From Candidatus Dojkabacteria bacterium (GTDB lineage Bacteria > Patescibacteriota > Dojkabacteria > SC72), in contig JAXGOY010000004.1 of NCBI GenBank assembly GCA_040767225.1, positions 6,180 to 70,179 of the forward strand: DNA of 64,000 bases, in the 5' to 3' direction. Made by a program: the position numbers and the translations under genes. Below the pieces are notes generated by a model, which ran no database searches, was not told where the DNA came from, and worked only from the letters and a program-made list of their open reading frames with translations. The stretch's first letter is position 1. Each line of letters starts with the position of its first letter. Shown here in pieces: positions 1-9,802 of the stretch.

Positions 1-200
1 TAAAAAAATATATGCAAGACAATGGTTGCAGGTATCAAAGCATTATGCACTAGATGGAGATATTAAGAATACATTTAAGTATCTTCATACCTCCTTATCA
101 CATGGAATACTTTTTTCAAATAAATACAAATTCTTGATATTAGAAAACTATATTGCTCTCCCTTATCACTTATTAAAAGGTTTAATTAAAGGAGAAAGAA

Positions 201-1265
201 ATGAAAGATAAAAAGAGAATTTTAATAATTGCAGGATGTACAGATAAAAAGCTGATATCAAAAATATCCCCTGTACTTGATAGTAAGTATGTTGAAAAAG
301 TATATCTTGTCCGAAATACAAAAATGCAATATTCTCATTCTAAATTAGTACAGTATTCTGTGTTTAAACCATTTAGAAAAATACTTCCTCTTAGAGAAAC
401 AAATAGGGTAATTAGTAGTGTATATATTCTTTTGTTTAAGAGAATTGATATTATTCTTAGTATTCACTTTCTAATGCATGGTGTGTATGGGTATTTTCTT
501 TCAAAGATATTTAAGAAAAAGCATATATTCTTGTTTATTGAAAGTCCTAGGAAGTATAAAAAGGATAAATTAATGCTGAAGATGTTAAAAAATGCTGAGA
601 TTATAGGGGTAAGAGGAAGTGATTCTATGCAATATCTTCTTGAAAAAGGAATTGCAAAAGACAAAATCTTTATACCTCCTAATGAATTTGAGATACATGA
701 TATTGGAATAAGGAAGGAGAAGAAGATATATGATTTAATTTACATTGGTAACTTTGTAGATGTAAAAGATTTGCCCTTGTGGGTTGATACTGTAGAGTGT
801 ATTAAAAGAGATATTCCTAATATTAAATGTATAATGGTGGGTGATGGAGAAAGGTTTAATGATATTAAAGAAAGAATACATAGCAAGGGGTTAAAAGATA
901 ATATTGAGCTTGTTGGAAGAAAGAATAATGTAAATGAATATATTAAGAAGTCTAAACTTCTCCTTATGACATCTAAGAGTGAGGGTCTTCCTATGGTAGT
1001 TGTTGAGTGTATGGCATATGGTGTTCCTGCTGTTGTTCCTAATGTTGGTGATGTTAAAGATTTAGTTATACATGGGAAGAATGGAATAATTGTAAATAAA
1101 AGAGATGCTAAGGAATTTGCTAAGGAGATTATAAATATTTTAAGAGATGAAAAGAGATATAGAGAAATGTCACAGGAGTGTATAGAATCAATAAAAAGAA
1201 TGGTAAAGGATACATCACATGACAAGCTGGTTAAGTTGTGGGATTGTTTATTAAAAGAAATATAA
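201..1265 (+). CDS. Glycosyltransferase family 1 (GT4-type)
   Basis: 354 aa ORF; C-terminal GT1 signature EGLPMVVVECMAYGVPAVVPNVGDVKDLVIHGKNG (EX7E-type). Confidence 0.8.
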   Translation: MKDKKRILIIAGCTDKKLISKISPVLDSKYVEKVYLVRNTKMQYSHSKLVQYSVFKPFRKILPLRETNRVISSVYILLFKRIDIILSIHFLMHGVYGYFLSKIFKKKHIFLFIESPRKYKKDKLMLKMLKNAEIIGVRGSDSMQYLLEKGIAKDKIFIPPNEFEIHDIGIRKEKKIYDLIYIGNFVDVKDLPLWVDTVECIKRDIPNIKCIMVGDGERFNDIKERIHSKGLKDNIELVGRKNNVNEYIKKSKLLLMTSKSEGLPMVVVECMAYGVPAVVPNVGDVKDLVIHGKNGIIVNKRDAKEFAKEIINILRDEKRYREMSQECIESIKRMVKDTSHDKLVKLWDCLLKEI

Positions 1266-1267
1266 CT

Positions 1268-2746
1268 ATGGCAGTAATTAAGAATACAACAATATATTTT
1301 AGTGTAAGTATTATTCAATCATTGATAAGCTTTTTGCTTTTACCTGTATTTACACATTTTCTTACTAAAGCACAGTTTGGATTAGTAAGTGTTGTTAATT
1401 CAATATCTGCACTACTTGCCATTTTCTTTATATTTGGTACACAAGCTGTTGTAAGTAGACTTTATTTTGAATACAAAGATAATGAAGAAAAGCTGAAAAC
1501 ATTCTTAGGAACAGTATTTCTTTCTAAAATCATATGGAATATTATTTTAGCTACAGTTCTTATACTTGGAAGAAACATTATATTTCCATTGATAGCTAAA
1601 GATATTAATTTTTATCCATTTCTTTTAATTGCAATAGGAATAGGATTTTTCTCTGTGATATTTAAAATATATCAGACACTGCAACAAACAGAGCAGAAAA
1701 GCAAAAGCTATGCAATTGATCAGATATTGTATCTTGTGCTTAATAATGGGATTACTGTTTTGCTCTTGGTTGTCTTTGATATGAAGGCAGAAGGGGTAGT
1801 ATTAGGTACTCTTATTGCAGATTTCCTTATGACTTTGGTTGTTTTCTTTAGATTGAAGAAAAGAATGATTCTTAAAATAGACAAAGATATTCTTAAAGAG
1901 TCTTTCTCATACTCTTGGCCGATATTCTTTCATGCCCTTTTTGGATGGGGGCTGGCTTCTGTAAACAGGTTAATACTTAATAATCTTGTATCTATTGAAA
2001 CTGTAGGTGTATATACCATTGGTTTTACAATAGCAGGTGTTGTTAACATGATTACTGTTGCACTAAATCATTCATATACTCCTTGGTTTTATAGCCAGAT
2101 GAAAAAAGAGAAGAGAGATAATAGTAATATTGTTAGATTTGCTGAGTTTATTATTCTTATATATTCAATTCTTTCTTTATGTATCTCTCTGTTTTCTCCT
2201 GAAGTAATCTACTTGTTTATAAATAAGGGGTATGTACAAGCATGGAAAGTAATTCCTTTTATATCATTCGGATATGTATTTAATGGGTTGTATTTCTTTT
2301 TTATTAACATCTTTAACTATACAAAAAAGGCGGTTAAGTATGTTCCGCTGTACTCTCTTTGCTGTTCACTAATAAATATTGGCTTAAACTATGTGTTAAT
2401 TCCTCGATATGGAATGATTGGTTCTGCTATTGCTACTATGATATCTATGTTTGTTTTAAGTTTAACTACATGTATTGGTTCAAAACAGTTTATTGATGTA
2501 GGGTTTAAGTACAAAAGGATGATATCTTTAATACTTCTTCCTTTCTTAATGTCATTGTTTGTGTTTATAAATCTTAATTTAAATTTCTGGGTTGTTTTAA
2601 TTATTAAAATCATATATGTATTGGTTTGTATCTTAATTCTGCTGTTAGTAAACAGAAAGCAATTTGGAGGAAGTATTGCACATCAAATAGATAATCTGAA
2701 AGTATATTTACATGGAATCAAAGGAGATAATAAAAATTCTAAATGA
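1268..2746 (+). CDS. Polysaccharide flippase (Wzx / MOP superfamily)
   Basis: About 490 aa, 12-14 hydrophobic helices. N-terminus FGLVSVVNSISALLAIFFIFGTQAVVSRLYFEY is typical of Wzx. ATG at 1268 chosen over the overlapping 1238 start. Confidence 0.7.
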   Translation: MAVIKNTTIYFSVSIIQSLISFLLLPVFTHFLTKAQFGLVSVVNSISALLAIFFIFGTQAVVSRLYFEYKDNEEKLKTFLGTVFLSKIIWNIILATVLILGRNIIFPLIAKDINFYPFLLIAIGIGFFSVIFKIYQTLQQTEQKSKSYAIDQILYLVLNNGITVLLLVVFDMKAEGVVLGTLIADFLMTLVVFFRLKKRMILKIDKDILKESFSYSWPIFFHALFGWGLASVNRLILNNLVSIETVGVYTIGFTIAGVVNMITVALNHSYTPWFYSQMKKEKRDNSNIVRFAEFIILIYSILSLCISLFSPEVIYLFINKGYVQAWKVIPFISFGYVFNGLYFFFINIFNYTKKAVKYVPLYSLCCSLINIGLNYVLIPRYGMIGSAIATMISMFVLSLTTCIGSKQFIDVGFKYKRMISLILLPFLMSLFVFINLNLNFWVVLIIKIIYVLVCILILLLVNRKQFGGSIAHQIDNLKVYLHGIKGDNKNSK

Positions 2747-4127
2747 AATTGAAGAGAAATTTCCAGTAGATAAATGGAGTGTTGATGATTTAGATATATG
2801 GCCATATGTAAGGTTTAGGATTGGTTCAAAGCTTTCTGAAAGTAAATCTCCATCACAAAAGAATATTCTTTATGAGAGATATATTAAGAATCTTTATAAG
2901 TATTACAAGAATAATCTTAAGAATTGGTTAAAGAACAAAGACAAGAATGTTGATTTTTTGTTTGTTGAGAATGGTGTTCATATTGCAGATATAAAGGGGA
3001 AATATTACTTTACTAGAACAGATCCACTAAGGGATAAATTTGAAAAATCAGGTTATAAATGTAAGACAATAATAGGAGGGTATAAGGTGGAGACACCTTT
3101 GTATAATAGTGGAGAGTTTTTTCAATTCAGCTTGGATATGATGTTTGTACTTGATAAAGTGAAAATTTATTTTAAAAAGCCTCCTTTATTAAATTACAAA
3201 CTTGAGAATTATAGTGAATTTATTAATTTTCTTAAGCAAAATAATATATATTCAGAAGAGCTTGAGTTAAAGAACCTTTTAGCGCAAGTGAGTAGAATAA
3301 AAAGGATAGAGAAGTATTTTACTAAGAGGTTGAAAAAATTAAAACCTAAAGCAGTTTTCATACTTTGTTATTACAGTACATATGGTTTTGCCCTTGTATC
3401 TTCATGTAAAAAATTGTCTATTCCTGTAATTGATATCCAGCATGGAGTACAAGGAGATTTGCATTATGCATATGGTAGTTACAAAAGAGTTCCTAAAAAT
3501 GGGTTTAATCTACATCCTGATATCTTCTATGTATGGAGTGATGAAGAAAAGAGCTCATTATTAAAATGGATAAAAGGAAATACAAAGGTATTTGTAGGAG
3601 GAAATAATTTTTTAGAAATGTGGAAAGATGATAGTAATGAGGTAGTTCAATATTATACTAATATGCTTAAAGAGAGGTATTTACTTAGTAAATATTCAAA
3701 AGTAATTCTTTATACAGTTGATCCTCAAAATGGTCATGATAGGGAAATTATAAGGGCAATACAGCATAGTCCTTCTGATTGGTTTTGGTTTGTTAGAGTT
3801 CATCCTAAGAGAGTAGATATGCTTGAATATACTAAGAAAAGAATAGGAGATACAAAGTGTGGTTTTGCAATTGATAATATTTATCTCTTACCTTTGTATT
3901 CTTTTTTTAAGGTTTGTGATGTTCATATAACAGAGAGGTCTTCTACTATAATTGAAGCAGCTAATTTGGGTATAAAATCAATTGTTACATCAAAATATAG
4001 TTATGAAAGGTTTAAAAGGTTTGTTGATAGTGGAAAGATTGTATATTGCTGTGAATGGAAAGAGATTCTTAAATGTGCTAAAGGGTTAAAAAGAGATAAG
4101 TATGATATAAAAGAGGAAAGAAGATGA
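2712..4127 (+). CDS. Hypothetical protein in glycan-biosynthesis cluster
   Basis: 471 aa ORF between flippase and GT genes; no motif I can name with confidence. Confidence 0.5.
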   Translation: MESKEIIKILNEIEEKFPVDKWSVDDLDIWPYVRFRIGSKLSESKSPSQKNILYERYIKNLYKYYKNNLKNWLKNKDKNVDFLFVENGVHIADIKGKYYFTRTDPLRDKFEKSGYKCKTIIGGYKVETPLYNSGEFFQFSLDMMFVLDKVKIYFKKPPLLNYKLENYSEFINFLKQNNIYSEELELKNLLAQVSRIKRIEKYFTKRLKKLKPKAVFILCYYSTYGFALVSSCKKLSIPVIDIQHGVQGDLHYAYGSYKRVPKNGFNLHPDIFYVWSDEEKSSLLKWIKGNTKVFVGGNNFLEMWKDDSNEVVQYYTNMLKERYLLSKYSKVILYTVDPQNGHDREIIRAIQHSPSDWFWFVRVHPKRVDMLEYTKKRIGDTKCGFAIDNIYLLPLYSFFKVCDVHITERSSTIIEAANLGIKSIVTSKYSYERFKRFVDSGKIVYCCEWKEILKCAKGLKRDKYDIKEERR

Positions 4128-4184
4128 TATTATTAAACTTGTAAAAATGATTGAAGAGATTTAGTTAAGTTTAGATGTTTTTAT

Positions 4185-4667
4185 ATGGTTGATATTTTAA
4201 TATATGTGTTTTTATGTATTCTAGCTATTGGTGGAATAATTCTTACACTGTTTTCATTTCCTGGTGTATGGCTTGTGTATATTGCTATAGTTATTCTTGC
4301 ATTCTATGGAGATTTTTTAATTATTACTCCAGTAATATTAATAATACTGTTTTTTCTTTCACTTCTTTCTACCTTTATTGATAATATAACTGTTGCTCTT
4401 GGTGCTAAGAGTCTTGGAGGAAGTAAATATGGAGCAATTGGGGCAGTAATTGGATTGATGCTTGGGTCTATTATGGGAGGTATTGCAGGTATGCTCATAG
4501 GTTCTTTCTTGGGAGCTTCACTTGGTGAGTATCTCTTTTCTAAAAAAGATGCTCATAATAGTTTAAAAGCTGGTCTTGGGTCATTTATTGGTATAGTTAC
4601 AAGTATTGTATTGAAGATTGGGGTGTGTATCGGTATGATTATATATATACTTACTTTAATAATTTAA
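4185..4667 (+). CDS. Small glycine-rich integral membrane protein (DUF456-like)
   Basis: 160 aa with about 4 TM helices; G-rich stretch GAKSLGGSKYGAIGAVIGLMLGSIMGGIAGMLIGSFLGASLG. Confidence 0.45.
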   Translation: MVDILIYVFLCILAIGGIILTLFSFPGVWLVYIAIVILAFYGDFLIITPVILIILFFLSLLSTFIDNITVALGAKSLGGSKYGAIGAVIGLMLGSIMGGIAGMLIGSFLGASLGEYLFSKKDAHNSLKAGLGSFIGIVTSIVLKIGVCIGMIIYILTLII

Positions 4668-4670
4668 ATT

Positions 4671-5849
4671 GTGCATATTATTGTTGACTGTACCACAACT
4701 CAGAATCAGTTAAATTTCCATGGTATTGGGAAGTATACAAAACATGTTGTTAAGGGATTAATTGAAAATGGTATTGATCTTACTCTTTTAATGTTTGATG
4801 GACCGTCAACTATAGATGAGTATATTAAGAGTAGTAATGTAGAAGTTTACAGATTAGGAGAGTTAAGGGTTTCTGATTACAAAAATATTATTACATACCA
4901 CAGTAAAATACTCCCTGCTATTAGAAAGGTAAGAAGACAGGATTCTATATATTTCTGTCCGTATTTTTGGATTGGTGTTCCTTCAAGGCATATTTCTACT
5001 GTTCTTATGGTTCATGATTTCATACTACCCATCTTTAACATATATTCAGAAAAAGGAGCTATTCAAAACTTTATTAAAAAGATTTTGTATTGGATTGAAA
5101 TGAGGAAAGCTAAATATTGTAGTGCAGTAATTGCTAATTCAAAATATACTGCAAAAGATTTCAAGAAGTACTTTCCTAAATATCCTAAAGAAAAAATATT
5201 TCCAATATACTTAGATGTTGAAACTGATATTGATGGGAATACAACTGGGTGGGATAGTAAATTACCAGAAGATTACAAGGAGAGGGGGTATTTTATATAT
5301 AGTGGGGGCGGTTTAACAAAAAACAAAAATTCTATTGGGGTTATAAGGGGGTATAGAGAGTTTCTTGCTAGGGTTAAGAATGATAAAAGGGCTCCGTATC
5401 TTGTAATTGCAGGAAAGGATTTTACAAAGGATATTAATCCTGAGGCTGTAAGATTTAAGAATATAGTTAAGTGTTTAGGATTGAAGGAGTATGTTATTTT
5501 TATTGGTTTTTATGAGGATAGTCATATTAAACCTTTGTTGCAAAATAGTATATCTTCTGTTCATTTATCTTTGTATGAGGGTTTTGGGATGGCTGCTGTT
5601 GAAGCAATGAGGTATGGTACACCAATTATTGCTCATAGAGGGTCTTGTTATCCTGAGATATTAGGTGATTGTGGTATTTTAGTTGATGGTTTGAATGAGA
5701 AGGAGGTTGGTGATGCTATGTATAGGGTATATTCTGATGAGGAGTTTAGAGATGGGATAATTAAGAAGGGTATTAAGAGGGCTGAAATGTTTTCATGGGA
5801 GAGGGCGGTTAAAGAAACAATAAGGGCATTTAAATCTTTAGACAAATAA
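4671..5849 (+). CDS. Glycosyltransferase family 1
   Basis: GTG start; C-terminal FGMAAVEAMRYGTPIIAHRGSCYPEILGDCGILVDG GT1 motif. Confidence 0.8.
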   Translation: MHIIVDCTTTQNQLNFHGIGKYTKHVVKGLIENGIDLTLLMFDGPSTIDEYIKSSNVEVYRLGELRVSDYKNIITYHSKILPAIRKVRRQDSIYFCPYFWIGVPSRHISTVLMVHDFILPIFNIYSEKGAIQNFIKKILYWIEMRKAKYCSAVIANSKYTAKDFKKYFPKYPKEKIFPIYLDVETDIDGNTTGWDSKLPEDYKERGYFIYSGGGLTKNKNSIGVIRGYREFLARVKNDKRAPYLVIAGKDFTKDINPEAVRFKNIVKCLGLKEYVIFIGFYEDSHIKPLLQNSISSVHLSLYEGFGMAAVEAMRYGTPIIAHRGSCYPEILGDCGILVDGLNEKEVGDAMYRVYSDEEFRDGIIKKGIKRAEMFSWERAVKETIRAFKSLDK

Positions 5850-5963
5850 CCTAGGATAGGTTTCTTAAGTTAGGTCGAAATAGTTGAATACAACGAAGCA
5901 TTTTATAATTAAACGAAATTTTAGTATAATTTAGCATTTTATATAAATTAAAATAAAGTATTA

Positions 5964-6959
5964 ATGGAAGAAGAAAAGCTAATAGATACAAATAATACAC
6001 AAGAAAAAGTTGATATATCAGAAAGATTTGAAGTTAATGATTTAAAGAGCCCAAGATTTGAGGAGAGGCCACTCTTAGAAGAGCTTAAAATAGGTGAGAT
6101 ATCAGGTGCTCCACTATATACTTATCCACAAGCTGATTTTAAAACAGAGCCAGATCTTACCTTGGGAAGAAGATTAAATTCAATAATGGATGCTTCTTCA
6201 AAAACAGAGGTATTTCTAAGATTGGGTCTTATTGCTGGAAGTACACCTGCATTGTGGTCTCTTTTAACTAAAGGGATTTCTTCTGGTTTATCAAATGGGA
6301 CAATGGATATAATATATAGGATAAATGTTCCTCCTAAGGTAAACGGTTTACTAGATAATCTTGATATTGCGGTAGGATGTCTTCAGAGAAGAATTGTTAT
6401 TAGTAATGTTATTGCAAAAAATATAGCAGATAATGAAATTCAGAGAATAGTTTCTATAGCAGGTGGAAGTTGTATAATTCCTATTGAGGCTATTTATCAG
6501 ACTGGAAAATATGGTATGCAGATAGTAAGTGTAGATTATTCTCCTAAGGCAAATGAAAAAGCAGAAGCTATTAAAAAGGCTGGAGAAGAGTATAAAGATT
6601 TAGGTGTGGGAATAAAATATCTGTCCTCAGATTTGATAAATGAGGGGATTCCGTCAGAAATAGAGAGTTCTAAATCACAGCTTTTTGAATGTACTGGCTT
6701 TTGGGAGTATCTTAATCCAGATGATAGGAAAAAATTCTTGGATCGTATGTCAGAAGCTATGAAAGATTCTGATACCTTTATTTTGACAGCACTAGTAGAT
6801 AACCCTCAGCAGGCACTCTTTGATAAAATGGGATTTAAGCAGTTGCATCCTCAGAAAACAGAGGAATTTATAAAACAAATAGAGGAAGCTGGTTTACATG
6901 TTAAAGAGGTATATCTTACGCCTAATAAGGCATATGCTACTGCAATTATTAATCGTTAA
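5964..6959 (+). CDS. Hypothetical protein, possible class I SAM-dependent methyltransferase fold
   Basis: 331 aa; Gly-rich IAGGSC segment plus acidic motif pattern. Weak inference only. Confidence 0.35.
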   Translation: MEEEKLIDTNNTQEKVDISERFEVNDLKSPRFEERPLLEELKIGEISGAPLYTYPQADFKTEPDLTLGRRLNSIMDASSKTEVFLRLGLIAGSTPALWSLLTKGISSGLSNGTMDIIYRINVPPKVNGLLDNLDIAVGCLQRRIVISNVIAKNIADNEIQRIVSIAGGSCIIPIEAIYQTGKYGMQIVSVDYSPKANEKAEAIKKAGEEYKDLGVGIKYLSSDLINEGIPSEIESSKSQLFECTGFWEYLNPDDRKKFLDRMSEAMKDSDTFILTALVDNPQQALFDKMGFKQLHPQKTEEFIKQIEEAGLHVKEVYLTPNKAYATAIINR

Positions 6960-7000
6960 AAAAAATTAAAAACTACTTATAAAATTAAAAACTGCCTATA

Positions 7001-9247
7001 ATGGAAAGTTATGTATATGCATTAATGTTTCTATCTATTGTTAATATCATCTTTGGTATATACACACTAAAGGAATCAAGAGTTACAACTTATATTAAAT
7101 ATTTTGCAGGAAGTTTGTTTTGTGTTGGCTTCTGGGGTATAGGACTAGGAGGCTTTTTAGCTGCTAAGTCACCTGAGGTGGCAATGTTATGGGCAAAGTT
7201 TCATTATGTCGCATCTATTTTGGTTGCATATTATTTACTAGTATTTGCACTGTCCTTAGCAAAAGAGAAACCAATTAAACCTTTTTACAGAATTTTACTC
7301 ATATTACCAATTCTTGCCATATCGGTAATTACTGTATGTTGTAATGATTTACTTCTTAAACAGGCAGTTATAGAAGAGGGTGGGAATGTGATGATACTTT
7401 ACAAACCAGGACATATAGTATATGCAATTGTGTTCGCTTCATATTTTATAGCAACTTTAGTTGTAGTGCTGAATAAGCTGTTAAAATCGTCAGGTATTAT
7501 TCAGAAGCAGATGATTTTGATTTTTGTTGGTCTCCTTATTTCAGGTGTTCTTGGAATGGTATACAATCTCATTCTTCCCCTTTTAGGAAATTATAAGCTG
7601 GTCTGGGTTGGTCCTCAGTTTACTGTTGTTTTCTTAGCTCTTATGTTCATTGGTATGGTTAGGTATCAACTGTTTAATATTAGACTCCTTGCTGGAAAGA
7701 TTCTTTTTACTGTACTTACATCAGTCATGATGTTTTTGGCATTTTTGTTTTTTACAAATATAGATAGGATTGTTTTTGAGGAAAGTGTAATTAATTTAGA
7801 ATTTGTTCTTTTTGGTTTGTTCTGTGCTTTCTTGTATTCAATCTTTTATGAAAGTTTTAGAGGTTTTGTATTAAATAAAATTCAATCTAAAATTATTACT
7901 CCTGGTTTGGATACTTCATTTGTATTGAAAGAGTACAATAGAAAGTTGGGCAAGTTATCTGCTAAAAATGAAATTCTTAATGAGTTTGCTGAAACTCTTA
8001 AGAAAGCACTTTCTCCAGAGTATATATCAATAATTACAAAAGAGGGTAATGAAGTTATAAATAAGCAGTATATTGAGTATCGTGATATTAATTACGAACT
8101 AATTTTTGAAACTATAGAGAAAGAAGAGGACTTAAAAGATATGAAATATCTTGCTCCTCCAACCTTGATGAGTATTCTTCAGGATGAGAATTCGTCAGCA
8201 GTTCTCTCTCTTGAGGAATTCATTAATGAGTTGCAAACTAAGGGATTAGTACTACTTCTACCTATAGTGTATGAACATGACCTTTTAGCAGTATGTGTTC
8301 TTGGGGAAGGAAATTCTTCTAGTTCAACTTATATAGATGAGGAGATAGAATTTCTAGAGTCATTATCTGATACAACTGCTGTGTATTTAACTCGTGCTAT
8401 TTTGTTTGAGCAACTGTCGGAATTTAATTCTGTACTTCAGCAGAAGGTAGATGAACAGACAAAGGAGTTACAGATAAAGGTGAAGGAGTTAGAAGAAGCA
8501 AGGAGAAAAGAGAATGACATGATAGATATAATGGGACATGAATTAAGGACACCAGCAACAATAGTAAAGTTGAATGCAGAGATGTTAAGGAAGTATATAG
8601 ATAGTAATCCTGAGGAGTATGCGAAGTATTTGGATAGAATAAGGAAGGCAATAGATACAGAGATAGGGTTAATAAATACACTTCTTACCTCTGCTAAGTT
8701 AGAAGGGAATAAGGTGGAGATAAGGAGAGAGAAGGTAGATATAAAAGAGAGTATAGAGATGTCAGTACATGGCAATGAGAGTGATTTAAAAGATGGTGTA
8801 AAGATATATACAGATATAGAGGAAGGACTTCCTTTTGCATATGCAGATAAGGTAAGAGTAATAGAGGTATTAAATAATTTAATAAGTAATGCAGTAAAGT
8901 ATACAGATAAAGGTAGAATAGATGTGAAGGCTAGATTTGATGAGAAGAACATAATAGTGAGTGTAAGTGATACAGGTAAGGGGATACCTAAGGAAGATAT
9001 ACCTAAATTAGGTAGTAAGTTTTACAGGGCGAATAATTATTTAGAATCAAAGATAGTAAGACCAGGAGGAACTGGCTTAGGTTTGTATGTAACTTTTAGA
9101 TTAGTGAAATTAATGGGAGGAAAGATAAATGTAGAGAGTGAAGAGGGTAAGGGTAGTACATTTACATTTACACTACCAAGATATATCAATCAGAAATTGG
9201 ATAATACAGATACGGTGGATAAATTTACTAAATTAGGACTTAAATAG
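7001..9247 (+). CDS. Sensor histidine kinase (polytopic membrane N-terminus, HisKA + HATPase_c)
   Basis: H-box MGHELRTPAT, G-boxes DTGKGIP and GGTGLGLYV, about 7 N-terminal TM helices. No response regulator adjacent. Confidence 0.85.
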   Translation: MESYVYALMFLSIVNIIFGIYTLKESRVTTYIKYFAGSLFCVGFWGIGLGGFLAAKSPEVAMLWAKFHYVASILVAYYLLVFALSLAKEKPIKPFYRILLILPILAISVITVCCNDLLLKQAVIEEGGNVMILYKPGHIVYAIVFASYFIATLVVVLNKLLKSSGIIQKQMILIFVGLLISGVLGMVYNLILPLLGNYKLVWVGPQFTVVFLALMFIGMVRYQLFNIRLLAGKILFTVLTSVMMFLAFLFFTNIDRIVFEESVINLEFVLFGLFCAFLYSIFYESFRGFVLNKIQSKIITPGLDTSFVLKEYNRKLGKLSAKNEILNEFAETLKKALSPEYISIITKEGNEVINKQYIEYRDINYELIFETIEKEEDLKDMKYLAPPTLMSILQDENSSAVLSLEEFINELQTKGLVLLLPIVYEHDLLAVCVLGEGNSSSSTYIDEEIEFLESLSDTTAVYLTRAILFEQLSEFNSVLQQKVDEQTKELQIKVKELEEARRKENDMIDIMGHELRTPATIVKLNAEMLRKYIDSNPEEYAKYLDRIRKAIDTEIGLINTLLTSAKLEGNKVEIRREKVDIKESIEMSVHGNESDLKDGVKIYTDIEEGLPFAYADKVRVIEVLNNLISNAVKYTDKGRIDVKARFDEKNIIVSVSDTGKGIPKEDIPKLGSKFYRANNYLESKIVRPGGTGLGLYVTFRLVKLMGGKINVESEEGKGSTFTFTLPRYINQKLDNTDTVDKFTKLGLK

Positions 9248-9793
9248 CCATACTCTTTTATCTTCTCCAATTATAATCTTTTTAGTTTTATCATTGTTAA
9301 ACCATTCTTTTGTATCTTTAATATTCTCTTTTATCTCTTTTAAACTATCTTTTTTAATATCTAAGATATAGCTATGTTGTTCTAGATTAGGATCATTAGT
9401 ATGAAGAAGAATAGAAGAGCTTCCGCATTTTACTGGAGCTACTGTCTGAAATATATCTTTACTGTAAAGAAGCTGATTGTTAATATCAAAAATTTCAATG
9501 GTTGTACTAAATTGATCTTTGCTTTTAATATCTCTATTTATATATTTGCAGTATACAAAGTTTTTATCATATCCATATATACAATTCTCACATGTATCTA
9601 TAATACTACTATCCCTATTCTCTGTATTAAATAACTGGGTGTATCCGTATGAGCTAAGGAGTACATTAGTATTATCAATCCAAAAAACCTCTACTGGGAG
9701 ATACTTTGTGTTTATCATATATTCCCTTGTATACTGTTCCTTTTGAGAAGGAAATATGAGGGAGAGAATGTAAAAAAGAATTTCTTTAAACAT
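9233..9793 (-). CDS. Hypothetical secreted protein
   Basis: 186 aa with N-terminal signal-like MFKEILFYILSLIFPSQ. Confidence 0.5.
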   Translation of the reverse strand: MFKEILFYILSLIFPSQKEQYTREYMINTKYLPVEVFWIDNTNVLLSSYGYTQLFNTENRDSSIIDTCENCIYGYDKNFVYCKYINRDIKSKDQFSTTIEIFDINNQLLYSKDIFQTVAPVKCGSSSILLHTNDPNLEQHSYILDIKKDSLKEIKENIKDTKEWFNNDKTKKIIIGEDKRVWLFKS

Positions 9794-9802
9794 ATATTTT
9801 CT

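Noticed and set aside
26-211. 61 aa ORF at the window start
   Set aside because: No RBS or motif support; lies in the promoter/leader region of the first glycosyltransferase.
740-1318. Long antisense ORFs inside well-supported genes (740-1318 minus, 8437-8952 minus, 29515-30615 minus, 15691-16140 minus)
   Set aside because: Low-complexity, S/I/L-rich translations typical of antisense frames in AT-rich DNA. The sense-strand genes have strong family motifs.
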